DNA of 64,000 nucleotides from contig NC_042997.1 of assembly GCF_006345805.1 (NCBI RefSeq), positions 81,778,001 through 81,842,000 of the forward strand, written 5' to 3'. The translations under genes were made by a program, and so were the position numbers. The notes under the pieces are model-generated. The model made no database searches and was not told the DNA's origin. It saw only the letters and a program-made list of their open reading frames with translations. This DNA is from Octopus sinensis. Lineage: Eukaryota. Numbering within the stretch: position 1 is the first letter of the stretch; each line of letters starts with the position of its first letter. Shown piece by piece: positions 24,560 through 35,639 of this stretch.

Positions 24560-25420
24560 AGACAAATTCACATTTGTAACTTGAGAAAAGTCTTGCATAT
24601 TTTTACTGTTTCACTCACAGGTTGCACTTGTGATGTATGAATCAGTCGGTCAATTTCTCTTTCTGAAAATCTTAGTTTATCTAGATTCTCCTTTAAGCAT
24701 TTACTAACAAAACCTAGTGCTCTAATTATTATTGATATGAATATGAATTCATAGTCTGGATATAAAAGCTGGAGGTTTTGAAGCAGTTGTCCATAGATAT
24801 CCTCTTTTCCTTTGATTTTCAAAGAGATATTTATATCTGCAGGATAGCTGATCTCTATGATGGTACATGCCTTGGCCCCTCTGTCCCAAACAATATCTGG
24901 CCTGTTATGTTTACATTTGACAGAAGCTTTGATGGGAATATTCCACCAGTATTCCTTAAGTTGGTGTTCATGAATGTATTCCATAACAGAGGGATTTTCT
25001 AAGCTTGTTTCAGGACAGTCTTTTTTGTGGATGGCATTGTAAATTGTTTTAGCAACAACATTGTGCCACAATGTAGTACTGTGACAACATACAAAAGAAA
25101 AAAAAAACTATGCATGGGTATGTTGCCCGGAAGCTTGAAGAAGACAGTAGAATTGACACAAAGTGCAGCCTCTCTTGGACACAAGACCACTACATCACAT
25201 CACACTTTGAAGGCTATGTATTTGCAATCCAGGAACAGGAGATAGCCACAAAGTATCTAGTGAACAAGAGAGACAGTGATGCACTTGTAATCCCAAGGTG
25301 CAGCCACACGTGTAGGCTACATCATGTTTCTGTGGAAGATGCCATGCATGTAGTTAGCAGCTGTCCTGAAATATTGTCATGGTACTACCTCCCTATGCTC
25401 TATGATGTAATCCCATGTAT
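24560..25420 (-). mobile_element. RLE-type LINE 3' fragment (zinc knuckle + PD-D endonuclease)
   Basis: CRLHHVSVEDAMHVVSSC, HNVVAKTIY, HNRPDIV, IIEISYP, VKICKTFLK. Confidence 0.8.
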
Positions 25421-25459
25421 GTATGAATATATGTATGTATGTATGTCAGGTCACTTATG

Positions 25460-27350
25460 AGGCTCTCATAAGTGCTACAGGTAACATGGAATCCAGTACA
25501 ACCTGTTGCATGGTCGGGTTGTTGGCGACTAAATCAGCACCCCCACCAGGCTACCCTGGTGAGGAGGATTGCTAAAAACCCAGCAGGATTAAAAACCTGT
25601 TGAAAGGTTGGATGAACCTAGTGCAGGCTCAACAGCTATTCTGGGATGGTGTCCTGCATGCTGAAAGACCTTGGGAGTGAAGCACCCTTCAGCTTCTGTT
25701 GAAGCATGTCTCTAGGAGAAGGTCACTCTGATATGCAGGGTATGGCATTGGACATTTTGGGTATCTTTGGTTTGTGCTAGAGATCATGGCACTCAAACAT
25801 CTCTGAGCCTGTGACACATATTGGCACCAGACATCTTGCTCTGGCTTGTCTCTGGATAATGTCAATAAAGTGGAGAGTATGTATGAGGTGTTGTGCAAGC
25901 CTTATTGGACCTAAAACTCTGGACAGGCATTGCTGACTTCTGCTCGATATGTGCTGCTCTCTATATATTTATTTTATTTTCAGTATACATCTATCTTTAT
26001 TTTTAGTATATATTTATTTTATTTTTATTTGGAAGTCCTGCAGTGATGGGAAGGTGGTGAAGCATGCAGACCTGACGGGTTGGAAGAATGTAGTAAGCAA
26101 CCTGCATGTAGGCGGCACATGCTAGATATAAAGTCATCTCCCTGTCACCCAAGACAGTGGTAGGATTCGGTTGCTGCATGCGTGTCTGAGCAGCTCCATT
26201 TGGAGAGGGCATTGCTCACCTGGAGGCTGGGGAGGTTCTAGAAAAGGTGACCCAAAAATTGCCTGTCTTTCTATATCTGGTCAGTTTAGCACGACTGATG
26301 GATGTCAACCCTGTGCTCGAAAAACAAAGACTTTTATTTACAAAATCTGGATGGAACTTGAACATTTCATGTTGGAATGTGCACACTCTGTTGGATAACA
26401 AGACTGATTGTAGGCCTGAAAGATGCACTGCACTTGTTGCTCATGAGCTGAACCACTATAACAGTGATATAGCTGCACTTTCAGAGACTCGTCTAGAAGG
26501 TGATGGTCAACTTGAGGATACACTTTTTTTTGGAAGGGGAAGCAGAACACTTAGTGGAAGGATCTTGCTCATAATGTTCAGGCTGCTGCTGATGCAAATA
26601 GCAAGAAGTTTTACCATCTTATGAAGCAAGTTTATGGGCCTAAGAACTACACATCAGCTCCTTTACTTTCCAAGGAGTCTTCTACTCTAATTACTAAATC
26701 AACAGAAATCACAGGGCGCTGGATTGAACACTTCTCCGAACTTCTAAACCACGAGTCAGTTGTGGATGAAACAGTGATTGATACTATGCAACAAAGACCT
26801 GTCAGTGGTTCCTTAAATTCCATGACCTCATTAGATGAGGTAATGACATTAATAAGTAAATTGAATCTTGGTAGGGCATCTAGAAAGGATGGACTTTGTG
26901 CTGAGGTCTTGCGATTTGGTGGTGATTACATCATACAGTCCCTTCATGAACTTATTAATGCAGTCTGGAGGAATGGTGTAATGCCTAAGGACTGGAAGGA
27001 TGCAATTATTCTTTCTCTCTATAAAGGAAAAGGAGCCAGAACAATGTGTGGTAACTACAGAGGTATTGCTACCAGCTTCTGGCAAGGTTCTGGCAAATAT
27101 TCTTCTTACCTGCCTGAATGGGTGTCTCGTAAATGATGTACTATCTGAATCTCAATGTGGCTTCCAATTTGGTAGAGGGACAATGGATATGATTTTCACA
27201 GCAAGACAGATGCAGAAGTGCTATGAGCAGAATATGGATCTTGTCCAGGTATTCATTGATTTAAAGGCCTTTGATACTGTGAATAGGGCCTTGCTATGGA
27301 AAATACTTAGTAAACTTGGATGTCTGGATCACTTTGTATCTATAATCGAA
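25460..27350 (+). mobile_element. RTE-clade LINE fragment (endonuclease + partial RT, internal deletions)
   Basis: CWNVHTL...IAALSETRL, DWKDAII..LYKGKG...CGNYRGI, QCGFQFGRGTMDMIF, FIDLKAFD. The 5' limit is uncertain. Confidence 0.8.
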
Positions 27351-28020
27351 GTTTATGTATCAGAGGCCGTATTTTCAACGTATCTGTTCGAGTTTAGTTG
27401 GCAACGATACAACAGAGACAATGCTTTTATGAATTTCATAAATGCGTTTGGCAGTATAATACTGACTAATTTAAACTTCAAGAATGTTTTTTTTATGAAA
27501 TTCATAAAATGCATTGTATAGTCCCTCTTTTTCTCCTCATTAGAAGTTAAAAAAAAAACAAAAAAAAAAAACATGGACTAGTATAATTGATATGGCATTC
27601 TCGTTTTCTGATATTTGCGATGCAAACTTCGATTCTGTTTTCTGCATGGTAATTTGCGGAGTTTACTTACACACATGAAGCAGTTATAACAAATATGCAA
27701 GGTTTTTTTCAAGTTTAAAATGAGACATTGCTGGCATAATCTATATTCCACAACCTATAAATACATAAAAACAGAACAGGCACGCACACACAACCAATTA
27801 GCTTTCTTCTCCCATTTCGGCAACTGTCATTTGGCACGGAAATACCCGAAGTCAAATGTTTAGTTTTTTCGAGTTATATCGAAGGAATGCCAATAAGTAA
27901 CTTTTATGCATTTACTTATTCATTTCGCTTACTCGATTATTTTCTTTCCTTCAAATTACTGTATTTATTTACAGTGACATATATTAAAATATTGGCGTTA
28001 TAAGTCCCACGGATATATGT

Positions 28021-28250
28021 ACCTATTTCTTTATTACCCACTAGGGGCTAAACACAGAGGGGACAAACAAGGACAGACATAGGTATTAAGTCGATTACAT
28101 CGACCCCAGTGCGTAACTGGTACTTAATTTATCGACCCCGAAAGGATGAAAGGCAAAGTCGACCTCGGCGGAATTTGAACTCACAACGTAACGCAGACGA
28201 AATACCGCTAAGCATTTCGCCCGGCGTGCAAACGTTTCTGCCAGCTCATG
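28021..28250 (-). mobile_element. SINE family B
   Basis: Reverse complement of the element at 2686. Confidence 0.85.
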
Positions 28251-28419
28251 TACCAAAAGCCAAAGATCCTCAATATATATATATAATCCTGAAATCCTTA
28301 AAAATGTTTTAGCCCGAAGGCCGCGGCCATGCTGGGGCACCAATAATTATTAACATTTAAAATTAAGTATTTTAGAATTAGATTTTAATTAGGAAAGAAA
28401 ACTTTAACTTAATTGTAAG

Positions 28420-28510
28420 GGACGCAACTCATGACTTCCGGTTTTAAGACGCACATGTTGCTATTAATTGACACGCTTATTGCGCATCACAGAGAGTAAC
28501 GTTGACGCTC
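28420..28510 (+). promoter_or_regulatory. Probable NUFIP1 core promoter
   Basis: CpG-containing unique sequence with an ETS-type ACTTCCGG motif (about 28435-28442), roughly 100 bp upstream of the ATG. Confidence 0.5.
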
Positions 28511-28542
28511 GTGGAAATAAAGTACTAGTTCTATTCAACAGA

Positions 28543-28953
28543 ATGCAGAATCCTTATAATGTATGGTCACAGCCGGCATTTTACCAACCTAACTTTACTC
28601 CTTGGCACAACACGACACCAGCAACACAAAATAGTAATTACAATCCTCCGGAGTCACAATTTTGGCCGCAATTCTACCACCAACCATATCAACAACCACC
28701 ATTGCCTCAGTCATATGAAGCTTCATCTGGTATATATAGCCACCGAGAGTTCACCCCAACAGCACAGTCATTCTCTAATCCTAATTACGCTATCAAGGAC
28801 GGAAGGTATAAACATCGCCAGAGACCATATAACTCTCCACATTACCAATCGCGGCCTTATAAGAATGACAGACAGAGAGATTATAATTCTAATTCAGCAA
28901 CAAATAAGAACAATTCTTCTCAAAGAAATACCAAAAATAATCAAATAAAACCG
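28543..28953 (+). CDS. NUFIP1: NUFIP1 coding exon 1 (Pro/Gln/Tyr/Asn-rich N-terminus, 137 aa)
   Basis: Open non-repeat frame MQNPYNVW...NQIKP, phase-0 donor ccg|gtttgt joining exon 2. Assignment relies on frame, composition and position rather than strong motifs. Confidence 0.7.
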
Positions 28954-29875
28954 GTTTGTTGTATTTTTATAAAATTTGTTATCTAATATAATTTGTACTG
29001 TTTAAAAATTTCTCTTCATTCAAACTAATACAAATTGTAAAATAAACTTTCTGAAAGTATACTCGTGTGATGAAAGGTGTATTTTTCGCCTTGTCATTAC
29101 TATATCAAGTATTCCAGAACTGAATACAAAAGTAATTGCTGCGTGGAAGGTTTATAAGCCATTTAAAAACACACAAGATTCACTTCAACATTTAAATTTA
29201 ATTTGTCAAAATTGTTTTAAATGGCTTATAAACACCTTCCATGCTGCAATTGTTTTTGTTTCAGCATACGATCTCCTGAATACAAAAGCAAATGTAAAAA
29301 AACCCCAAAAAAACGATGAATTCTGATTTGAACAGCCTATACAACCCTTCATAACTTTGATATTATTTGGAATTTTCAGAAAATTGTGATTTTTTTTTTG
29401 CTCTACACAAGGGAATTCATACGATGGTAATTGTTCAGTATGGTTATATCAAAAAAGTAAACAAAAATTAAGGGGAGATAAGTAGTAAAAGCAGCAACGG
29501 TTAATGTTTACAATATTACTGGTGACCTAATATGTCACAAACCCCTTTTTTGGTCCGGAAAACGGTGTACGGTGGAGTGGAACCCTTGGAAATTTCACCC
29601 TCCCCCATTTTCAAATATCTTTTGCTGTTTCTTTAGATAACATTTTGCAGAAATACGTTTTTGACAGAGTGTGGATTACATTAGATTGAAAATTTAAACA
29701 AGTCTGAAAATACATAAGTGAAAATGCAGAGGTTATAGAAGTTAGTGGTAACGAAGTCTGTGGAGAGATAAAGACTGATACAAAATTCATCTAAATATCA
29801 CACGTTTAGAGTTTGTGTATATGTGTGAAACGAGTAAAAGTATAATATTAAAACAAAATATCTTTTTCATGCCTC

Positions 29876-30657
29876 GGATCTTTTCCTTTTGAACGGCACT
29901 TTTCAACACAATTTCTAGTTAACTAAGCACTTTTAAACTTCGTATACTGGTAGAATGTGTTTATAAAACATAATTTTTTCTTGGCTTTATTGAGAAAATT
30001 CTATATGTTGTAACATATTTCGTCTTTAATTTCGAGCATTTCGGCAATTTTAACCAATTGCTGACCTCCATTTAGGTAAATAACATTCTGTGCATAATGA
30101 ATATGTCCCTCCTTTAAGAAACAGATTGGGTTTATTTACATTTGTGAAGAAAAAAAGATACCCTTCCCCCACCCTAACCCTAAATCTAAAATAGATTGAA
30201 ATGCAATAGATCGATACTAGGGTTATAATTATGGGTGACAATTTCATACGACACCGCTATGGAAAATGGGATTTTTTTCTAGCGGTGTCAAATGAAAATG
30301 TCACCCATAATTATGGCCCTAGTATCGATCTATTGCATTTCAATCTATTTCAGATTTAGGGGTTGGGGAAGGGTATCTCTTTTCTTCAGAAATGTAAATA
30401 AACCCAATCTGTTTCTTAAAGGAGGGACATATTCATTGTGCACAGAATGTTATTTACCTAAATGGAGGTCAGCAATTGGTTAAAATTGCTGAAATGCTCA
30501 AAATTAAAGACGAAATATGTTACAACATATAGAATTTTCTCTATAAAGCCAAGAGAAAATGATGTTTTATAAACACATTCTACCAGTATACGAAGTTTAA
30601 AAGTGCTTAGTTAACTAGAAATTGTGTTGAAAAGTGCCGTTCAAAAGGAAAAAATCC
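29876..30657. mobile_element. 782-bp fold-back MITE, Merlin-like
   Basis: About 380-bp near-perfect inverted arms around a ~20-nt loop; GG...CC termini; 8-bp TSD CATGCCTC at 29868-29875 and 30658-30665. Confidence 0.88.
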
Positions 30658-31506
30658 CATGCCTCTTAAAATCACTGGATATAACATAATAATCCCAGAT
30701 TGCAGAATAGATTTGAAAAACTAAAGCACTTTCCCATTGCAGTTTTTGGTGCCGAAATTGGGTAACTAATGCGTTTCGTTTTTGGGTGGGGACAGAAAGA
30801 AAAAGTGAGTGAGTGACGAAGTTTACCTAAACTTTCAATGGTATAGCAATATATTATATTATCATCATCGTTTAACGTCTGCTTTCCATGCTGGCATGGG
30901 TTGGACGGTTTGACTGAGGTCTAGCAAGCCAGGAGGCTGCATCAGGCTCCAATCTGTTCTGGCAAGGTTTCTACAGCTAGATGCCCTTCCTAATGCCAAC
31001 CACTCTGAGAGTGCTTTTTAAGTGTCATCAGCATGGGGGCCAGTCAGGTGGTACTGGCATCGACCACGCTCAAATGGTGCTTTTTACATGCCATCACTGA
31101 TGCCAGTGCTTGCAAGTTTTTTTTCTTTCTTAGTGAAAATCGTGTGGGTGTACTTCCCAAGGGGGTGAGGGTGAAATTTCCAAGGTTTCCACCCCACTCT
31201 ATTTTCCAGACCAAAAAAGGGTTTTGTGGCATATTAGGAGTTCACTATAATTCATTAAAAAAACAAAACAATTTCCAATGAATATGGAATGGGGGAGGGG
31301 GTCCGGTTTCCAACCCCATCTTTTTTCCGAACAAAAATAAGAGGTTTGCAGCATATTAGGAGGTCATGCAAAAAATCCAAGCTTTTTTTTTTTTTTTAAG
31401 TGAAAATTGTGCGGGTGAAAGTATCGAAATTTACCAAATTTTGTTGGTGTATAATCACCTTGTGCGTGTAGGCACCATCATTCAGGATACCGATGTTATT
31501 ATATGC

Positions 31507-31620
31507 TCACCAGCCATCACTAACTATGTGAGTCCTAGGTAAAATCCATCTTTGTATCAGCGCAGTTAAAGTTTGTTTAGTATGGTCAGGTACTTTGACC
31601 AAAAAACATAGAGACTCTCT
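31507..31620 (-). pseudogene. Merlin/IS1595-like transposase remnant
   Basis: CFLVKVPDHTKQTLTALIQRWILPRTHIVSDGW matches the ISXO2-like DDE segment (V.VPDR...TL...I...I.PGT.I.SD.W). Confidence 0.7.
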
Positions 31621-31835
31621 CAAAAATTTTGAAAAAGAGAATTTAAAAAATTTTTTAAAAGATTTTTTTTCATAATCGTATGAATTCTCGTGTGTAACAC
31701 AAAATTCCAAGATTTTTCTGAAAATTCCAAAAATATAAAAGTAATGAGGGGTTATATGATGTGCTTTAACCAGAATTATGCTGTAGTGATAAAATTGATA
31801 AATTGAAATAAATCTCTTCAAAACAAATTTAATCC

Positions 31836-34161
31836 TTGATTGGCAACAAGTACAGTGAAGAATTCCGGGTAGAGGTTGGGGTCCACCAAGGTTCAGTCCT
31901 CAGTCCCCTCCTATTTATCCTCCAGGCAATAACGGAGGAATTCAAGACAGGATGCCCCTGGGAGCTCCCCTATGCTGATGACCTTGCTCTAATTGCTGAG
32001 TCACTATCAGAACTGGAGGAGAAGTTTCAGGTGTGGAAACAAGGATTAGAATCGAAGGGCCTTAGAATCAACCTAGCCAAAACCAAAGTCTTAATAAGTA
32101 GGAAGGTGGACCAATCACAAACGACTTCAGGTAGATGGCCCTGCTCGATCTGTAAAAAAGGTGTAGGTAGAAACTCTATAAGGTGCACCAAGTGTAAGCT
32201 ATGGACACATAAGAGGTGCAGCAATGTCAAAGGAAGGCTAACTAAGAAAATAGTTTTTGTCTGTGGCAGATGCTCAGGAGCAATAAACACTGGAAATGTG
32301 CAGAGACCAACTTCTACCACGTTCCAGGGAGACAAACTAGAAGTAGTTGATAGCTTCCGCTACCTAGGAGACCAAGTCAGTAGCGGGGGTGGGTGTGCTG
32401 AAAGTGTAACTGCTAGAGTAAGAATAGCCTGGGCAAAGTTTAGAGAGCTCTTACCCCTGCTGGTGACAAAAGGCCTCTCGCTAAGAGTAAAAGGCAGACT
32501 ATATGATGCGTGTGTACGTACAGCCATGCTACATGGTAGTGAAACATGGGCCGTGACTGCTGAGGATATGCGTAAGCTTGCAAGAAATGAAGCCAGTATG
32601 CTCCGATGGATGTGTAATGTTAGTGTTCATAATCGTCAGAGTGTAAGTACTTTGAGAGAAAAGTTGAACCTAAGAAGTGTCAGTTGTGGTGTGCAAGAGA
32701 GACGGCTGCGCTGGTATGGTCATGTGACGAGAATGGCTGAAGATAGTTGTGTGCAAAAGTGCTACACCCTAGCAGTTGAGGGAACCTGTGGAAGAGGTAG
32801 ACCCAGGAAAACCTGGGACGAGGTGGTGAAGCACGACCTTCGAACTTTAGGTCTCACCAAGGAAATGAGTGAAGACCGAGTCCTATGGAAGTGTGCTGTG
32901 CATGAGAGGACCCGGCAGGACTAGTCAGGCCATATCCCGTGGCCCCTACCTGGGACGTAGTCGATCCACCTGTGCATACCTCCCTTCTTGTGACACTTGT
33001 GAAGACCTGCTGAGGCAAGTGAAAATCAACAAATCAACAAATCAACAAATCAAAAAATCAAAACAAATCAAAATAGATGAACATCAATGGAATTTGTATC
33101 TTTGTGGTACCAGTGCCTGTGGCACACAAGAAAACCATCCGAACGTGGCCGTAGCCAGTACCGCATCGACTGGCCTCCGTGCTGTGGGAACATGGTGGCA
33201 CATAAAAACACCATCCGAAGACCCGGCAAGACTAGTCAGGTCATAACCCGTGGCCCCTACCTGGGACGTAGTCAGTCCACCTGTGCATACCTTCCTTCTT
33301 GTGACACTTGTGAAGACCTGTTGAGGCAAGTGAAAATCGAAATCAAAATCAAAACAAATCAAAATAGATGAACATCAATGGAATCTGTATCTTTGTGGTA
33401 CCAGTGCCGGTGGCACACAAGAGAACCATCCGAACGTGGCCGTAGCCAGTTCCGCATCGACCGGCCTCCGTGCTGTGGGCACGTAACAAACACCATCCGA
33501 TCATGGCCGTTCGCCAGCCTCATCTGGCACCTGTGTCGGTGGCACATAAAAACACCTTCCGAAGACCCGGCAAGACTAGTCAGTCCACCTGTGCATACCT
33601 TCCTTCTTGTGACACTTGTGAAGACCTGTTGAGGCAAGTGAAAATCAAATCAAATCAAATCAAAATAGATGAACATCAATGGAATTTGTATCTTTGTGGT
33701 ACCAGTGCCGGTGGCACGTGGCACACAAGAAAACCATCCGAACGTGGCCGTAGCCAGTACCTCATCGACTGGCCTCCGTGCTGTGGGCACGTAACAAACA
33801 CCATCCGATCGTGGCCGTTTGCCAGCCTCATCTGGCACCTGTGTCGGTGGCACATAAAAACACCATCCGAGCGTGGCCGTCTGCCAGCCTCGTCTGGCAC
33901 CTGTGTCGGTGCCACATAAAAAAACACCATCCGAGCGTGGCCGTTTGCCAGCCTCGTCTGGCACCTGTGTCGGTGGCACATAAAATCACCCACTACACTC
34001 TCGGAGTGGTTGGCGTTAGGAAGGGCATCCAGCTGTAGAAACACTGCCAGATCTGACTGGACTGGTGCAGCTTTCGGGCTCCCCAGACCCCAGTTGAACC
34101 GTCCAACCCATGCTAGCATGGAAAGCGGACGTTAAATGATGATGATGATGATGATGATGAT
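31836..34161 (+). mobile_element. Young 5'-truncated RTE LINE with triplicated 3' UTR module
   Basis: Uninterrupted 362-aa C-terminal ORF2 (31836-32924: HQGSVLSPLLF, YADDL, PHD finger, GRGRPRKTW); (GAT)8 tail. Confidence 0.93.
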
Positions 34162-34193
34162 GTATATATGTGTTTTATATTTGTACTTTTCAG

Positions 34194-34310
34194 GAAAAAA
34201 ATAAAAAGAAGAAAAATCTTATTGAGGATTTCCCTTTTAACTGTGATATTTGTGACCGTGGCTTCAAAACAGAGCTGATTTACAAAGAACATATTGACTG
34301 TCATGAAAAG
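34194..34310 (+). CDS. NUFIP1: NUFIP1 exon 2 (C2H2 finger)
   Basis: tttcag|EKNKKKKNLIEDFPFNCDICDRGFKTELIYKEHIDCHEK|gtaaat; resembles NUFIP1 FCDTCDRGFK...H...H. Confidence 0.92.
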
Positions 34311-35639
34311 GTAAATGTACTCACTAATAACTAACCGAAATGGCAAAAATGAATGAGTGTCTAACTAAAATTCATTACTCTTTTTACTTTTATAGTTTAA
34401 ATTGATATTGGCATGGGTTGCATAGTTTCACAGGATCCAATGGGCCAGAAGACTGTTGAGCTCTGATGTCTGGATTGGCAGGGTTTCCAAGCCCTTCCTT
34501 ATGCCAGCCACTTTACAGAGTGTACTGGGTGCCTTTTACATGACATCAACTTGAGTGAGGTCACTAAGTAACTTGCAACATAAAGAACCCTCCCCATGTA
34601 ACTAATGTTAAAAAGCTAAAGTATCATAGAGGACATGCACGTGTGTTTTGCTAAAAGGAGATACATTGCTACCTTATATTGTATAGGAGTGGGGGGAAGT
34701 AACTGCAAAGGTGGGGTGGCAGCACTAAGCAGTGAAGTGTATAAATATGAGGTTATTACCGGTTCAAATATGCTTGGGGCATATTTGAACCTGTAAGAAA
34801 GCCATTCATTGTGTTTTATTGTAGAGAAAATTTCTTGCTGTAGACAAATGGTATATGGAAATAATACAGATATTGAAGAAGTGTCAGAGCATACTGTCTA
34901 GATATAAGATGAATGTAAGAAAGAATATGAACTTGGGATTGGGAGGTGTGAGAGGAAAGTGACAAGCAGTTAGAGATGGGGGACAGAGTTTAATATAGTG
35001 AATGGTGTAGAAGAGCAGTGGTGTAGTTGGTAGTAAATATCAGTGTGGGAGAGAACATAAAAGAAATAGCTTAGAAGGAGGAGGTGATAAGTGGCAATAC
35101 TAGAAGTGGATGGAGAGTAGCACTAGAATAAGCCTATCAGAAAATAGGGAGAGAAATTTATAGGGACAGAGATGAAGGTTTGAGTTACATAGTGGAGCGA
35201 AGGTGGAATTGTTGACAACAGATATGAGGGGATGTTGAGAGTGATAGCAGATATGAGGGAGGTAGAGATGAGGTTTTGTATTCCTAAGATGTAGCTCAGA
35301 AGAGGAGGGATACTTGGTATCACAAAAGAGTAATCAGTGAATAGTGGGAAGGGATGGTACTGAGTTTGAAGGATGGAAATTGGTTCCAGGGAGAGGAGGG
35401 TGAGGTAACTAGTTGCACAAAGGAGTTAAAATATGTGGAGATGCAACCACAATTGTAGGTTAACTTTTTTACTCATTCCTCAGTTTTCGTCACTCTATTG
35501 AATTTTCAGTGAAATTGTGGCTTATTTGAGTATTTTTTTACTCTTATTTCTAGCAACGCTGGTACTTTGTGTACCCTCAATTATAATTATAAATTTATCT
35601 TTTCGGCTTTAATACTTGCTGGCCACTTATATTATTATT

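Noticed and set aside
24495-24560. CTGAGGAG...GGAA hammerhead-like motif
   Set aside because: No GAAA core or stems I/III, and it is antisense to the adjacent LINE. Better explained as a plain 3' UTR hairpin.
28468-28542. TTG-initiated N-terminal extension of NUFIP1
   Set aside because: Overlaps the presumed promoter/5' UTR; the first ATG at 28543 is the simpler start.
31820-31845. TSDs for the young RTE copies (also at 46630)
   Set aside because: No convincing direct repeat between the 5' and 3' flanks.
33800-33990. 62-bp hairpin repeats resembling a CRISPR array (also 48510-48700)
   Set aside because: The units are contiguous with no unique spacers, sit inside an RTE 3' UTR, and have no cas genes nearby.
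34900-35460. Purine-rich stretch possibly from an old LINE
   Set aside because: No diagnostic motif recovered; left unannotated.
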